Part shown: piece by piece, positions 41,702 through 50,016 of the stretch
How positions within the stretch are numbered: position 1 is the stretch's first letter
Layout: each line of letters starts with the position of its first letter
Virus record (IMG/VR): IMGVR_UViG_3300036979_000962
Coordinates: 1-50,016 of that record
Length of the DNA: 50,016 bases
Reading direction: 5' to 3' (one strand)
Origin: a virus
Taxonomy: Duplodnaviria > Caudoviricetes
Notes under the pieces: generated by a model
Databases searched by the model: none
Seen by the model: the letters and a program-made list of their open reading frames with translations, nothing else
What the model was told of the DNA's origin: nothing
Program-made: the position numbers and the translations under genes

Positions 41702-42348
41702 GCGACCCGCCCGGTGAACGGGCTCCGCGCCGGCCGCGTCGAGCGGAGGTTGTGGCGGAGGCGACGGGAGGCTTGAAAATGCTCGATAACGGGCTCTACG
41801 CCCCGCATCCCGGGATGGTCGAAAATGCGCGTGTAAGCCCGCGGGAGGCGGTATATGCGCTCGCCCGGCTCTCCGGGCCGGCCGGCCCCGAGAACGACCG
41901 CCAGCGCCTTCTGGTGACGAATCTCCGGGTGTTTCCGGGCATATCGGTCCCACCGCTCGACGATTCCGCGGCCGGCGGCCGTGTTCGCCACCCACAGCGT
42001 CCCGCTCAGAAGTTCCCCGCGCTCGAGCCGGCTCTCTTCGAAGAAACACGCCGCGAGGTCGTGCGCCCGGCTCTCCGACAACTCGTCGAACAGCCGAGGA
42101 TACGAGCGAATCACAGCGTCCGCGTCGAGGAAGACGATGTCGCGGTCGGGCCACTCGTCGAGAGCGTGGAGAATGACGGCGCTCTTGTCGTTGAGGTTCA
42201 AGCGCCAACTTCCTCGGTTCGGAACGGCGTAGGCGACGAGCGGAACGCCGAACGCCTCGGCCGAAGCGAGGAGTCGCTCGACCTCGCGCTCGTAGCCGGT
42301 GTCGGCGGTGTAGAAGGAGACGGCGGTCCAGCCCATTCTCTCGCCCAT
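41698..42348 (-). CDS. Nucleotide-diphospho-sugar transferase (GT-A)
   Basis: SFYT..Y, K...I, FLDADA, SGT, HQ..L, LP.AY and IEHFQASR. Confidence 0.8.
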   Translation of the reverse strand: MGERMGWTAVSFYTADTGYEREVERLLASAEAFGVPLVAYAVPNRGSWRLNLNDKSAVILHALDEWPDRDIVFLDADAVIRSYPRLFDELSESRAHDLAACFFEESRLERGELLSGTLWVANTAAGRGIVERWDRYARKHPEIRHQKALAVVLGAGRPGEPGERIYRLPRAYTRIFDHPGMRGVEPVIEHFQASRRLRHNLRSTRPARSPFTGRVA

Positions 42349-42350
42349 CG

Positions 42351-42725
42351 CTACGCCGCGGCCTTCGGCGGAACGAGCCCGCCCTCGGAGCGGCGGATGA
42401 TGTCCTCTTCGACGGGAGCGGCCTCGTAGATTTCGAGCGCGATGGTCGTGTCGACCGCCCGGAACGAGTGCCACACGCCGAGCGCTATCGTCTTCGAATC
42501 GCCCGACTCGAGGAACGAAACATCCGGCTGGTCTTGGTCGAGCGGCGGAGCCGGCCATTCGAAAATCATCAGCCGGCCCGAGAGGATGAAGAAGTGATTG
42601 ACCTTCCGCTCGTGGCGGTGTTCGGAGCAGAACCCGCCCGCCTCAATCCGCAGGAGATGGACCGAGTAGTGGGCCGAGCCGCAGAGCAGATGCGTCGTCC
42701 CCCAAACTTTTCCCTGCTTGTCCAT
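42351..42725 (-). CDS. Cupin protein (sugar isomerase/epimerase-like)
   Basis: KVWG, CSEHRH..K.N.F...SG and WHSF. Confidence 0.8.
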   Translation of the reverse strand: MDKQGKVWGTTHLLCGSAHYSVHLLRIEAGGFCSEHRHERKVNHFFILSGRLMIFEWPAPPLDQDQPDVSFLESGDSKTIALGVWHSFRAVDTTIALEIYEAAPVEEDIIRRSEGGLVPPKAAA

Positions 42726-43458
42726 TCAACGCCTCCTCGACCGACCGGAACTTGAAACACCGAAGCCCGCTCGCCGGGTTGAGATTATATATCCAATCGA
42801 CATTCGGGATTTTCTTGGCCATCTCGCGGAACTCCGCGACGAACGACTGAGAGACGCCCGGCCGGCTCTTCATCCCGTAGCCGGAATGGAAGTGGCTCCG
42901 GCCCTTCGGGTCCCGCGTCATATCGTAGCCGAGGAGATATATCGGCCGGGCCCGGAGCGCGAGCGCGAGGTTGAGAGCGCCGTGTCCGCTGTTGTTGCCG
43001 TGATACAAGCCCTTCGCTATCGACCACGACACGCCCCGCCTTCCGAGCGAGCGGACCGAATAGCAGTCGTCGAGTTTCCGTCCCATCAAATTCAGAAAAA
43101 CTTTCATCCCGCCGAACGCCTCCCACTTCTCGCGCTTCGCGGGTTCGTCGTGACACATTTTATAGAACCGGTGGTCCATAAAGAACAGCAAGTCCGCCCA
43201 CGGCACGAACTCGAACGCCCGGTTGATGACGATGACGCGGCCTCGCCCGCGGAGCCGCTCGAAGTCGAAGCCGACGAGCGACGGGCCGCCGCCGATGATG
43301 AACGCCGGCTCGCCCGCCCACGCCCCGTCCGCGAGCGCTTCGGAGAGCGGGCGGTGGGGAGAGACTTGGCGCTTGATGTTGTCGCGGATAGTGCGCTGGG
43401 CTTCGTCGCGCTGGCGGAGGATTTGTTTGACGCTCCGACTTCGGGTCGTGAGGAGCAT
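42643..43458 (-). CDS. Maf/DUF115-like (sialyltransferase-fold) transferase
   Basis: FIIGGGPSL, IVIN, NSG..A..LA, IYLLGYDM and HFH. Confidence 0.7.
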   Translation of the reverse strand: MLLTTRSRSVKQILRQRDEAQRTIRDNIKRQVSPHRPLSEALADGAWAGEPAFIIGGGPSLVGFDFERLRGRGRVIVINRAFEFVPWADLLFFMDHRFYKMCHDEPAKREKWEAFGGMKVFLNLMGRKLDDCYSVRSLGRRGVSWSIAKGLYHGNNSGHGALNLALALRARPIYLLGYDMTRDPKGRSHFHSGYGMKSRPGVSQSFVAEFREMAKKIPNVDWIYNLNPASGLRCFKFRSVEEALNGQAGKSLGDDASALRLGPLLGPSPAD

Positions 43459-43470
43459 CAGTTGGAGCCT

Positions 43471-43522
43471 AAATAAAGCCGGGCAGGGCCGGAGCCTTGA
43501 AGGAAGCCCCGACCCCGCCCGT
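43471..43522 (-). terminator. Hairpin/terminator after the major capsid gene
   Basis: CGGGCGGGGTCGGGGC...GCTCCGGCCCTGCCCG followed by GCTTTATTT. Confidence 0.65.
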
Positions 43523-43561
43523 TGACAATTTCCAATGAGAGCCTCGAACATCCCCTTCCGG

Positions 43562-44716
43562 TTACTGCTGTTCGGGCTCGAACTCGCTCGTCCGGAGGTC
43601 GCCCACGGTCTTGTCGTCGCCGACCGTGACATCCTTACACGCGCCGATGGGATAGAACCCGGTCGGCGTCGGGCAGGAGCCGGAGGTCGGAGTGAAATCG
43701 ATACAGGCGATTTGGTCGGTGTCGCCGACGCACCCGCCGTGCCGCATCCAGCCGGCGACGGTGTCCGTGTAGGAGAGCATATCGAACGAGTCGAACAGCG
43801 TCAGGTCCATCCGGTAGCCGAGTTTCAGCGTGCGCTTCGGCAGGATGACCATAACGCGGTTCGGGTTCGTCAGCATCATCGAGGTGACTTGCCGGAAGTT
43901 GTAGTCGATGACGGCGGTCGACTCGGCGAAAGCCTGAGTCCGGACGCCGAGGGCCTGACGAACGCGGCCGCGGAGACCGAGCGGAGTGAGGACGATGAAC
44001 TCGGTCGTCTGCGGGTTGAGGTTGTAGCCGCGGTCCTTGACTTTCGTGAGAATGGTCATCGCGGCGTAGTTGATGGACTCGGCGATGGACCGAGCGTCCG
44101 CGGAGCAGTCGGAGCAGTCCGACGCGACCGCCGAGCAACAGCCGTTGTGGTCGGCCGCCGCTTCGAGCAGGGCGTAGTAGGTCGCGGCCCGCGAGAGGTA
44201 GGCCGCGTTGCGGAACTCGATGGCGTTGTCCTCGATGGTCCACCAATCGCCGTCCTCGAAGAGTTGGCGATGCCAGCCGAGCGCTCCGCCGTAGTAGCAG
44301 AAGTAGCACCGATACTTCGCGCCGGCGGACTGATAGACCTTGAGTTTCTCGCCCGGCTGGACCTCGTTGAAGGTCAGGCCGGAGGTGACGCCGGCGACAT
44401 CGAACCCGGACGCCTTCGTTCCGGAGAAGTCGCGGACATCGAAAATCTGCTCGTAGCCGTTGTCGTATTCGGCCATCAGATGGAACTTCTCCACGACATC
44501 GATGGCCTTCTCGTTCGCGTAGCCGTCGCTCATCATCGTGAACTCACGAATCTGAGCGTGGGCCTTGACGAACTCTTCGACCTTGGCGAAGCGCGAGGGG
44601 ATGAACTTGTTGGGGAGAGCGGCAAAGTACTGAAGAGCGCCCGCGAGTTGAAGCCGCTGTTCCGGGGCGTTGTAGTCGAAGGACTCCCAATCGAGGTTGA
44701 AGATTCTGCTTTTCAT
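43562..44716 (-). CDS. Major capsid protein
   Basis: 384 aa after scaffold and cement; GGAGG RBS; followed by a terminator; HK97-fold-like pattern. Confidence 0.8.
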   Translation of the reverse strand: MKSRIFNLDWESFDYNAPEQRLQLAGALQYFAALPNKFIPSRFAKVEEFVKAHAQIREFTMMSDGYANEKAIDVVEKFHLMAEYDNGYEQIFDVRDFSGTKASGFDVAGVTSGLTFNEVQPGEKLKVYQSAGAKYRCYFCYYGGALGWHRQLFEDGDWWTIEDNAIEFRNAAYLSRAATYYALLEAAADHNGCCSAVASDCSDCSADARSIAESINYAAMTILTKVKDRGYNLNPQTTEFIVLTPLGLRGRVRQALGVRTQAFAESTAVIDYNFRQVTSMMLTNPNRVMVILPKRTLKLGYRMDLTLFDSFDMLSYTDTVAGWMRHGGCVGDTDQIACIDFTPTSGSCPTPTGFYPIGACKDVTVGDDKTVGDLRTSEFEPEQQ

Positions 44717-44726
44717 TTCATCCTCC

Positions 44727-45140
44727 TCAAGCCCCGAGTTCTGCGACGACGCCGGCGCCGTCGAGGTCGATTTCGACTGTCGTGTCGGAGAAGATGGCCG
44801 GCTCCGTCGCGATGCCGATGCGGTAGTAGGAAGTGTCGGGGATGGCCGTGACATATCTCGTCGCGGGGTCCCAATAGACGATGTCTCCCGGGATGAAAAC
44901 ATCGAGCGTATCGGTCGACTTGGCGACGATAATCTTCTCGGCTTGGTAGACGAGGACGCCCTCTTCCCCGAAGGCGACATCTTCGAGCAGGGCCCCGACG
45001 CTGTCGCCGACGAGATAGAGCCACGGCGCTCCGGCGGCCCACGCCGAGGCGGCGCCGTCGAGGCCGGCCGTGACCTCACAGATGAACTTGAACGACCGCC
45101 AATCGCCGTTCGGCGTTGCGGTCCGAAGAACTTGCGGCAT
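44727..45140 (-). CDS. Capsid cement/decoration protein (DUF2190-like)
   Basis: GDIVYWD.....T......IGIA.E.A...V.IDL. Confidence 0.75.
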   Translation of the reverse strand: MPQVLRTATPNGDWRSFKFICEVTAGLDGAASAWAAGAPWLYLVGDSVGALLEDVAFGEEGVLVYQAEKIIVAKSTDTLDVFIPGDIVYWDPATRYVTAIPDTSYYRIGIATEPAIFSDTTVEIDLDGAGVVAELGA

Positions 45141-45186
45141 AGTGGATTCTCCTTCTGTTAGTGTTGCCGCCGCGAGCGGTCCGTCG

Positions 45187-46344
45187 TCACGCGAGTTTAA
45201 TCATCGGATTTTGGGCCGGGTCGAGATACTTGTTCTCCGGGCCGCCGGTCGGCTTCCCTTTGTCCGGGCCGGTGCCCTTGTCGCCGCCGTTGGCGGGCGG
45301 CTCGACCTTCTTGTCCTCGATGCCGAAGACCTCTCTCGCTATCTTCCCGTACTCATCGACCTCGGCGTCGAGGTAAGCCTCGAACTCCTTGTCGATGTCT
45401 TCGGGCTTCGACGGCGTGAACCGAGCGAGGCGATTCTGGATGAACTTCGTCTGCCGGTCATCCAACTTCCGGCTTGTCCGCTGTTTTTCGAACATCGGAC
45501 CCACTTGGGACTTCGCGGCCGCTATCCGGAGGTCGGTGATTTGGCGCGTGAACGCCGACTCCTTGTCGGCCGCACCCTTCTCGATTTTCTCGAGTTTCTC
45601 TTCCGCCTCTTTCCTTCGGGCGAACTCCCCCGCAATCCGCTCCTTCACGCGGTCTTCGGCGAGCCCTCGAACAACGGGGTCCGCCGCCATTTCTTCCATC
45701 GGAAAAATGTCCGACGGCTTTACCTTCTCCGTTTTGAGGAATGCGCGAACATCCTCGAGAGTAAGGTCCATAAGGTTGTCTCCTATGTCCTTCGACCGGG
45801 CGAAGGCTTGAAGTTGCCCGAGCAGGGTCGCCCCCGCGAATCCGGGCTTTTCGATTGCTGAGTTGGCGAGCGCGATTCCCGTCACGCGCTCGACCTCCGC
45901 CACATACAGCCCGCGCCTCGCGTCCTCTTCGAGCGCGACTTCGGCTTCGATGGACGCGACATCGAGCGGGAGATGGCGGAACGACGGGTAGATGTAGCAC
46001 GCGACGACCGCCGAGAGCCGGTCGCCTATCTTCATCCCGCGCTTCCCGACGACCTCGCCGATGGCTTGGCGGCCGGCGTTGTCGTTGGTCTCGCCGTGGC
46101 CGTGGAAGAGTTGGAGCCCGACGGAGATTTTCCGCGTCAACATCTCGATGGCCTGTCGGAACCACCGCTTGACCGTATTGCCGAGCCCGACGACATAACC
46201 CTTCGCCTCGCCTTCGTGGCCGACGACGAACGCCTTGAAAAGCGGATGGGGGTCGTGAGCGCGGATTTCGCGGAGTCGGTCCGGCTCAATCATCGCCGCG
46301 ATTTCGTTCGACGCCATCTCGCGGAGCCGGGCTTGGATACGCAT
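45187..46344 (-). CDS. Prohead protease/scaffold
   Basis: Globular N-terminus (FHGH, ASIE, GIAL...PGFAGATLL) plus coiled-coil C-terminus; precedes cement and capsid. Confidence 0.7.
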   Translation of the reverse strand: MRIQARLREMASNEIAAMIEPDRLREIRAHDPHPLFKAFVVGHEGEAKGYVVGLGNTVKRWFRQAIEMLTRKISVGLQLFHGHGETNDNAGRQAIGEVVGKRGMKIGDRLSAVVACYIYPSFRHLPLDVASIEAEVALEEDARRGLYVAEVERVTGIALANSAIEKPGFAGATLLGQLQAFARSKDIGDNLMDLTLEDVRAFLKTEKVKPSDIFPMEEMAADPVVRGLAEDRVKERIAGEFARRKEAEEKLEKIEKGAADKESAFTRQITDLRIAAAKSQVGPMFEKQRTSRKLDDRQTKFIQNRLARFTPSKPEDIDKEFEAYLDAEVDEYGKIAREVFGIEDKKVEPPANGGDKGTGPDKGKPTGGPENKYLDPAQNPMIKLA

Positions 46345-46361
46345 AACTATCTCTCCCGCCG

Positions 46362-46370
46362 ATTATAACA
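46362..46370 (-). promoter_or_regulatory. Extended -10 promoter candidate
   Basis: TGTTATAAT 18 nt upstream of the scaffold start. Confidence 0.45.
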
Positions 46371-46381
46371 CGCTCGAGCGA

Positions 46382-46708
46382 TTAGCGGGCCTTCTTCGGC
46401 CGGCCCGGCCTCTTCCCCTCGGCCGGAGGCTCGGAGGCCGTGGCGGGCCGCTGGAGGGCCTTGGCGGCCTTCTTTTGGGCGACGGCGAGAGCCGTCTTCT
46501 TCGCCTCGGCCATCGGGCGGAGGTCGGAGGTTTGGAGCGGACCGCGGGAGCGGTTCGTCGGGAACTTGTTGACCCCCGGGAATCGGCCCGGCTCGAAGTC
46601 GAACGCGAACTTCTTGGGCTTCGCATCGGCCGCAAGGACGACGCTCTTTTTCTGCGGCCCGGCGCCGGGCTTCGGCTTGGTGGTGTCGGTCGAGAAGAAT
46701 GTGCCCAC
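46382..46708 (-). CDS. Basic Lys/Ala/Pro-rich protein
   Basis: GTG start; ends RPGRPKKAR. Confidence 0.5.
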   Translation of the reverse strand: MGTFFSTDTTKPKPGAGPQKKSVVLAADAKPKKFAFDFEPGRFPGVNKFPTNRSRGPLQTSDLRPMAEAKKTALAVAQKKAAKALQRPATASEPPAEGKRPGRPKKAR

Positions 46709-46710
46709 GG

Positions 46711-46923
46711 TCAAGCCTCGCTCTTTTTCGTCCGCTTCGCCCGCGGCTTCGCGACGACCGGCTCGACCCAAGTCCCGGCCCGCTTCGCGGCGCGGATGCG
46801 GCGGCGACGCTTGATGCTCGCCGTCAGGAGTTCGTTCTCGGTCAGCGCCGGCGCCTTCGCCGCGACCTTCCGGACGCGCCGCGTCGAGAGGACGGGCTCG
46901 TCGACCTTCGTCGTTTTCTTCAT
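46711..46923 (-). CDS. Small basic protein
   Basis: 70 aa, R/K-rich; GAGGAG RBS. Confidence 0.55.
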   Translation of the reverse strand: MKKTTKVDEPVLSTRRVRKVAAKAPALTENELLTASIKRRRRIRAAKRAGTWVEPVVAKPRAKRTKKSEA

Positions 46924-46957
46924 CTCACGCTCCTCTTTCAGATTTTATCACATTCGT

Positions 46958-47155
46958 TCACAGCCCGAACGGATTTTTGAACCGACCCTTCCGCCTCCGG
47001 ATTCCGAACACGGTCGCGCACGCCGGGTTGAAACACCTCGCGCACACCGTCCATCCCCGCCGCTTGAACGGACACGGGCACGGCTTCCGGAACGCCGGCC
47101 CGCCGCACTTCGGACACCGGTCGCCGGTGACGATTCCCGGGACGACCTCTTCCAT
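46958..47155 (-). CDS. Small Cys-rich Zn-binding protein
   Basis: TGATG overlap with the portal; CPKC..CPC..CARC...C. Confidence 0.55.
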   Translation of the reverse strand: MEEVVPGIVTGDRCPKCGGPAFRKPCPCPFKRRGWTVCARCFNPACATVFGIRRRKGRFKNPFGL

Positions 47156-48612
47156 CAGTTCTCCTCCCGCGAGAGCGTCCGCCCGTTCGACGGGCTCGCC
47201 GCGGCGGATGCCTTGATGCGCTCGAGTTCGACCTTCGCCTCCTCCTCGGCCGCGGCCTCCGCCTCCTCGCGCTTCTCGGCCTCGTCCTCGAGGTCGACGC
47301 CCGGGATTTGCGACGCGACGAACTCCTTGGAGATGATGCCGCCGAGGGCGGCCGGGATGAGCACCAACTCGAGGTTCTTCCAATGGTCTTGGGAGATGAG
47401 CGGGATGTCGACGCCGACCTTCTCCGGGTCGAGGCGGTCGGACTTTTGGGCCCGGCCGCTCTTGTCGTTGAACATCGCCATCGCCTTCTCTAGCAACTCC
47501 TCGTAGGCCCCGACCCAAATCGAGCGCTCCCGCGTCGTCGCCGCCATCACGAGTTCGCGAGTGTTGTCGCCGGTGGCGCGATTCTTGAGGAGGTCGAGGA
47601 GCCCGAGGTAGTGGATTGGGATGCCGGTCGTCCCGCTAATCATCTTCGTGTTGAGTTCGATTTCGGAGACGAGGCTCTCGATTCCGGAGGAGTCGGGCGA
47701 GACGAGCGTGAAGTCGGCGATAGACGCCATCGCTTTGCCTATACGCCAATTCGTCGCCTTGAGATGGAGGAGGAGTTGAGTCGCTTGCTGGGCCGTGAGG
47801 CATTTGAAGTGCGGCGTCGGGGAGGCGAAAAGGTGATTGATTTCGCGGAGGTCGCGGAGCGCCTTGTCGAGTCGGTCGACTTGCGTCAGGCACTTCATAA
47901 TCTTCGGCTGGGCCTCGTTCGGGTTGCTGATGCGGCCGCCGAACTTCTTGTAGACGAACTCCTCCTCGGAGGCCGAGCCGGGCCCGCCCGCGGCCGTCGC
48001 CGGCCAAGTCAACTTCCGATACCACATATAGTCGTCCGGGTCGGCCTCGACGACATACTTCCGCGACAGCCACGACAGGAACCGGACCGACACCATCCCC
48101 GGCCACGACCGGAACGGCTCGGCGTCGTAGGAGAGGCGGAGCGCGACCTTCCCTTCGATTTCGCTCTCCTTCGCGAGTTCTTGCGCCATCTCCTCGTCGA
48201 GTCCGTTGTATTCGAGGAAGTCCTTGGCCCACTCGAGTTCGGTCTCGGCCTCGGATTTCGTGTCGGTCTTCGCGAAGACTTGGATGCCGTCGCCGAGGAT
48301 GAAGGCGGCTCGGAGGTCGACGATGGTCCCGGTCTGAAGACACCCCCACTCCGACTGCCCGTTGTATTTTTCGGCGATGGCTTTGACGGCCGCGGCGTAG
48401 TCGGGGTAGTCGTTCCCGACATACTTCTGCGCGATGGTCTTGATGGAGAGGATGTCGTCGACGATGAGTTCTTGGACCTCGCGGAGTTTCTTGAACTCTC
48501 CGGCGAGTTTCGCCGTCTCTTGCGCCGCGGTCTCGCGGGCGGATTCGGCCTCGTCGACGCGCCGCGTCATCTCTTGGAGTTCGGCCCGGGACCGGGAATT
48601 GAAGATAGCCAT
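47155..48612 (-). CDS. Portal protein
   Basis: 485 aa directly after TerL; TGIP..YLG....NRAT motif. Confidence 0.8.
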   Translation of the reverse strand: MAIFNSRSRAELQEMTRRVDEAESARETAAQETAKLAGEFKKLREVQELIVDDILSIKTIAQKYVGNDYPDYAAAVKAIAEKYNGQSEWGCLQTGTIVDLRAAFILGDGIQVFAKTDTKSEAETELEWAKDFLEYNGLDEEMAQELAKESEIEGKVALRLSYDAEPFRSWPGMVSVRFLSWLSRKYVVEADPDDYMWYRKLTWPATAAGGPGSASEEEFVYKKFGGRISNPNEAQPKIMKCLTQVDRLDKALRDLREINHLFASPTPHFKCLTAQQATQLLLHLKATNWRIGKAMASIADFTLVSPDSSGIESLVSEIELNTKMISGTTGIPIHYLGLLDLLKNRATGDNTRELVMAATTRERSIWVGAYEELLEKAMAMFNDKSGRAQKSDRLDPEKVGVDIPLISQDHWKNLELVLIPAALGGIISKEFVASQIPGVDLEDEAEKREEAEAAAEEEAKVELERIKASAAASPSNGRTLSREEN

Positions 48613-48624
48613 TTTTGCCTCCGC

Positions 48625-49842
48625 CTAGTTATCAGGATACACCGAATGTTCAACGACCCCAAGGAACCCGGCTTGCCGGAGGTGCGTCGTGACGCCGTAA
48701 CGGGCGGCGTCGATGAGGTGGTCGTCGAACTTGACGGGCTCCGGCAGGACGCGCTCGTTCTTGTCCTCGCGCCAATGGTATCGGGTCGCCTCGCGGATGA
48801 GGTTGGTCGAGCCGTCGACGATGTGGATGGTCTTCGATTTGAGGAAGTCGATGGAGGAACGAACCGAGTCGGCACCCTTCTCGCAAGGCATCGCCGTGAA
48901 GCCGGCGTTGCGGATTTCGTCGATGGACTTCGGCTCGGCCGAGTCGAAGTAAATCACCGTCGCCTTGTCGACATCGAGCGCCTCGAGTTCGACGCACAGC
49001 GCTTGATTCGTGAGGCCGGTGCGGTAGAGGATTTCCTCGAGCCAAATCTCGTCCGCCCGTCGGTAGATGCGAACGACGGCGGTCGGGTCGACCGAGTAGC
49101 CGAAGTCGGCGCCATACCACACCTCGTCGAAGCCGTGGTCGGTCGGGAGCGCGACGACATCCCAATCGAAAATCCTTCCGCGTTGGGCCGCCCACATCCC
49201 GAGCCGATAGATTTTGTAGAACGGCTCGTCCTTCTCCTTGAGCGCGTCGAGGCGGGCGCGGTAGGCATCGCGGAGTTCGGCGATGGGGTTGTCGTCGACG
49301 GTGGAGATGTGGACGAAGGCCGCGGGGTCCTTCTTGTCGAAGAACATCTCCTTCAGCCACGGCCCGGCCGCCTCGTCGGGGTTGAACGAGAGGATGATTT
49401 GGTGATAGGACGGGCCGACCTCGCGGAGCCGGAGGTCGATTTGGAGGAACTCGGAGCGCGTGAACTCCGTCGTCTCTTCGAGCCAAACGCCGGTGATGCC
49501 TTTGATGCTCTTGATTTTCTCCGGGTCGTCCATCCCCTCGAACAGCAACTCGCAGGGCCCGTAAGGCGTCGTGAATGTGATGATGCGGTCGCTCTTGTTG
49601 TATTCGTATTCGATGCCGTTCTCGGCGAGGACGGAGAGGAAGACGAGGATGACCGAGCCGGCGAGCGTCCGCCGGACCTTCCGCATAACGAGGAACCGAT
49701 GATGGCCTTCGGACTGACAGCGGTAGAAAATCTTGCGGGCCGCGAACTCCGACTTCCCCGAGCCGCCGCCGCCGCATAGGACAAGGTATCGCTCGCGGCG
49801 GTTGAGGAGCGGAGCGAACGACTCGGAGAGCAGTATCCTCAC
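48625..49842 (-). CDS. terL: Terminase large subunit (PBSX family)
   Basis: Walker A GGGGSGKS, Walker B WLEE, FNP, nuclease DFG...DP and DHLIDAARY. Confidence 0.95.
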   Translation of the reverse strand: MRILLSESFAPLLNRRERYLVLCGGGGSGKSEFAARKIFYRCQSEGHHRFLVMRKVRRTLAGSVILVFLSVLAENGIEYEYNKSDRIITFTTPYGPCELLFEGMDDPEKIKSIKGITGVWLEETTEFTRSEFLQIDLRLREVGPSYHQIILSFNPDEAAGPWLKEMFFDKKDPAAFVHISTVDDNPIAELRDAYRARLDALKEKDEPFYKIYRLGMWAAQRGRIFDWDVVALPTDHGFDEVWYGADFGYSVDPTAVVRIYRRADEIWLEEILYRTGLTNQALCVELEALDVDKATVIYFDSAEPKSIDEIRNAGFTAMPCEKGADSVRSSIDFLKSKTIHIVDGSTNLIREATRYHWREDKNERVLPEPVKFDDHLIDAARYGVTTHLRQAGFLGVVEHSVYPDN

Positions 49843-50016
49843 GGCCGACCCTCCTCCGCGAAGAACGAGAGCCCGCATTGCTCCGGGCACTCGGCGCAAG
49901 TCCCGAGCCAAACGCCGGCGTCGTGGAGCGAGACGAGTTGGCGGCCGCCGCGATAGCCGGGAGCGAGCGTGAGGCGGATGATGCCTTGGCGAACGAGCGG
50001 CGAGGTCCGGAAGGCG
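49791..50016. repeat. Terminal direct repeat, copy 2
   Basis: Matches 1-226. Confidence 0.95.

Noticed and set aside
1-50016. Prophage, lysogeny module or tRNA genes
   Set aside because: No integrase, repressor, divergent promoter pair, host flanks or tRNA cloverleaf was recognised; lifestyle remains undetermined.

Overview
This window looks like a complete, circularly assembled genome of a GC-rich tailed dsDNA phage (siphovirus-type), about 49,790 bp. Positions 1-226 repeat at 49791-50016 with one mismatch. All credible genes lie on the minus strand. Gene order along that strand: TerL, portal, scaffold/protease, cement and major capsid; a 7-gene glycosyltransferase/methyltransferase/radical-SAM block; exported PKD/Ig proteins and repeat-rich fibre proteins; neck genes including a minor-capsid/ADP-ribosyltransferase-like fusion; tail (with a -1 frameshift chaperone); kdsA-kdsB; an AT-rich promoter with a long structured leader; an early operon of small genes; Bet, replication initiator and RusA-like resolvase; lysis genes; and a ParB/glycosyltransferase/radical-SAM cluster wrapped around TerS. 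The most striking feature is in the early operon (13.4-17.5 kb). Seven intergenic elements there match the twister self-cleaving ribozyme in the P5 permutation, with covariation in the stems and in pseudoknot T1. Each lies between a stop codon and the next RBS, so the early transcript is predicted to cut itself into gene-sized pieces. I saw no integrase, repressor, tRNA, CRISPR array or reverse transcriptase. All assignments come from motif recognition by eye; no searches were run, and several starts were moved from the ORF track to overlap/RBS-supported codons.
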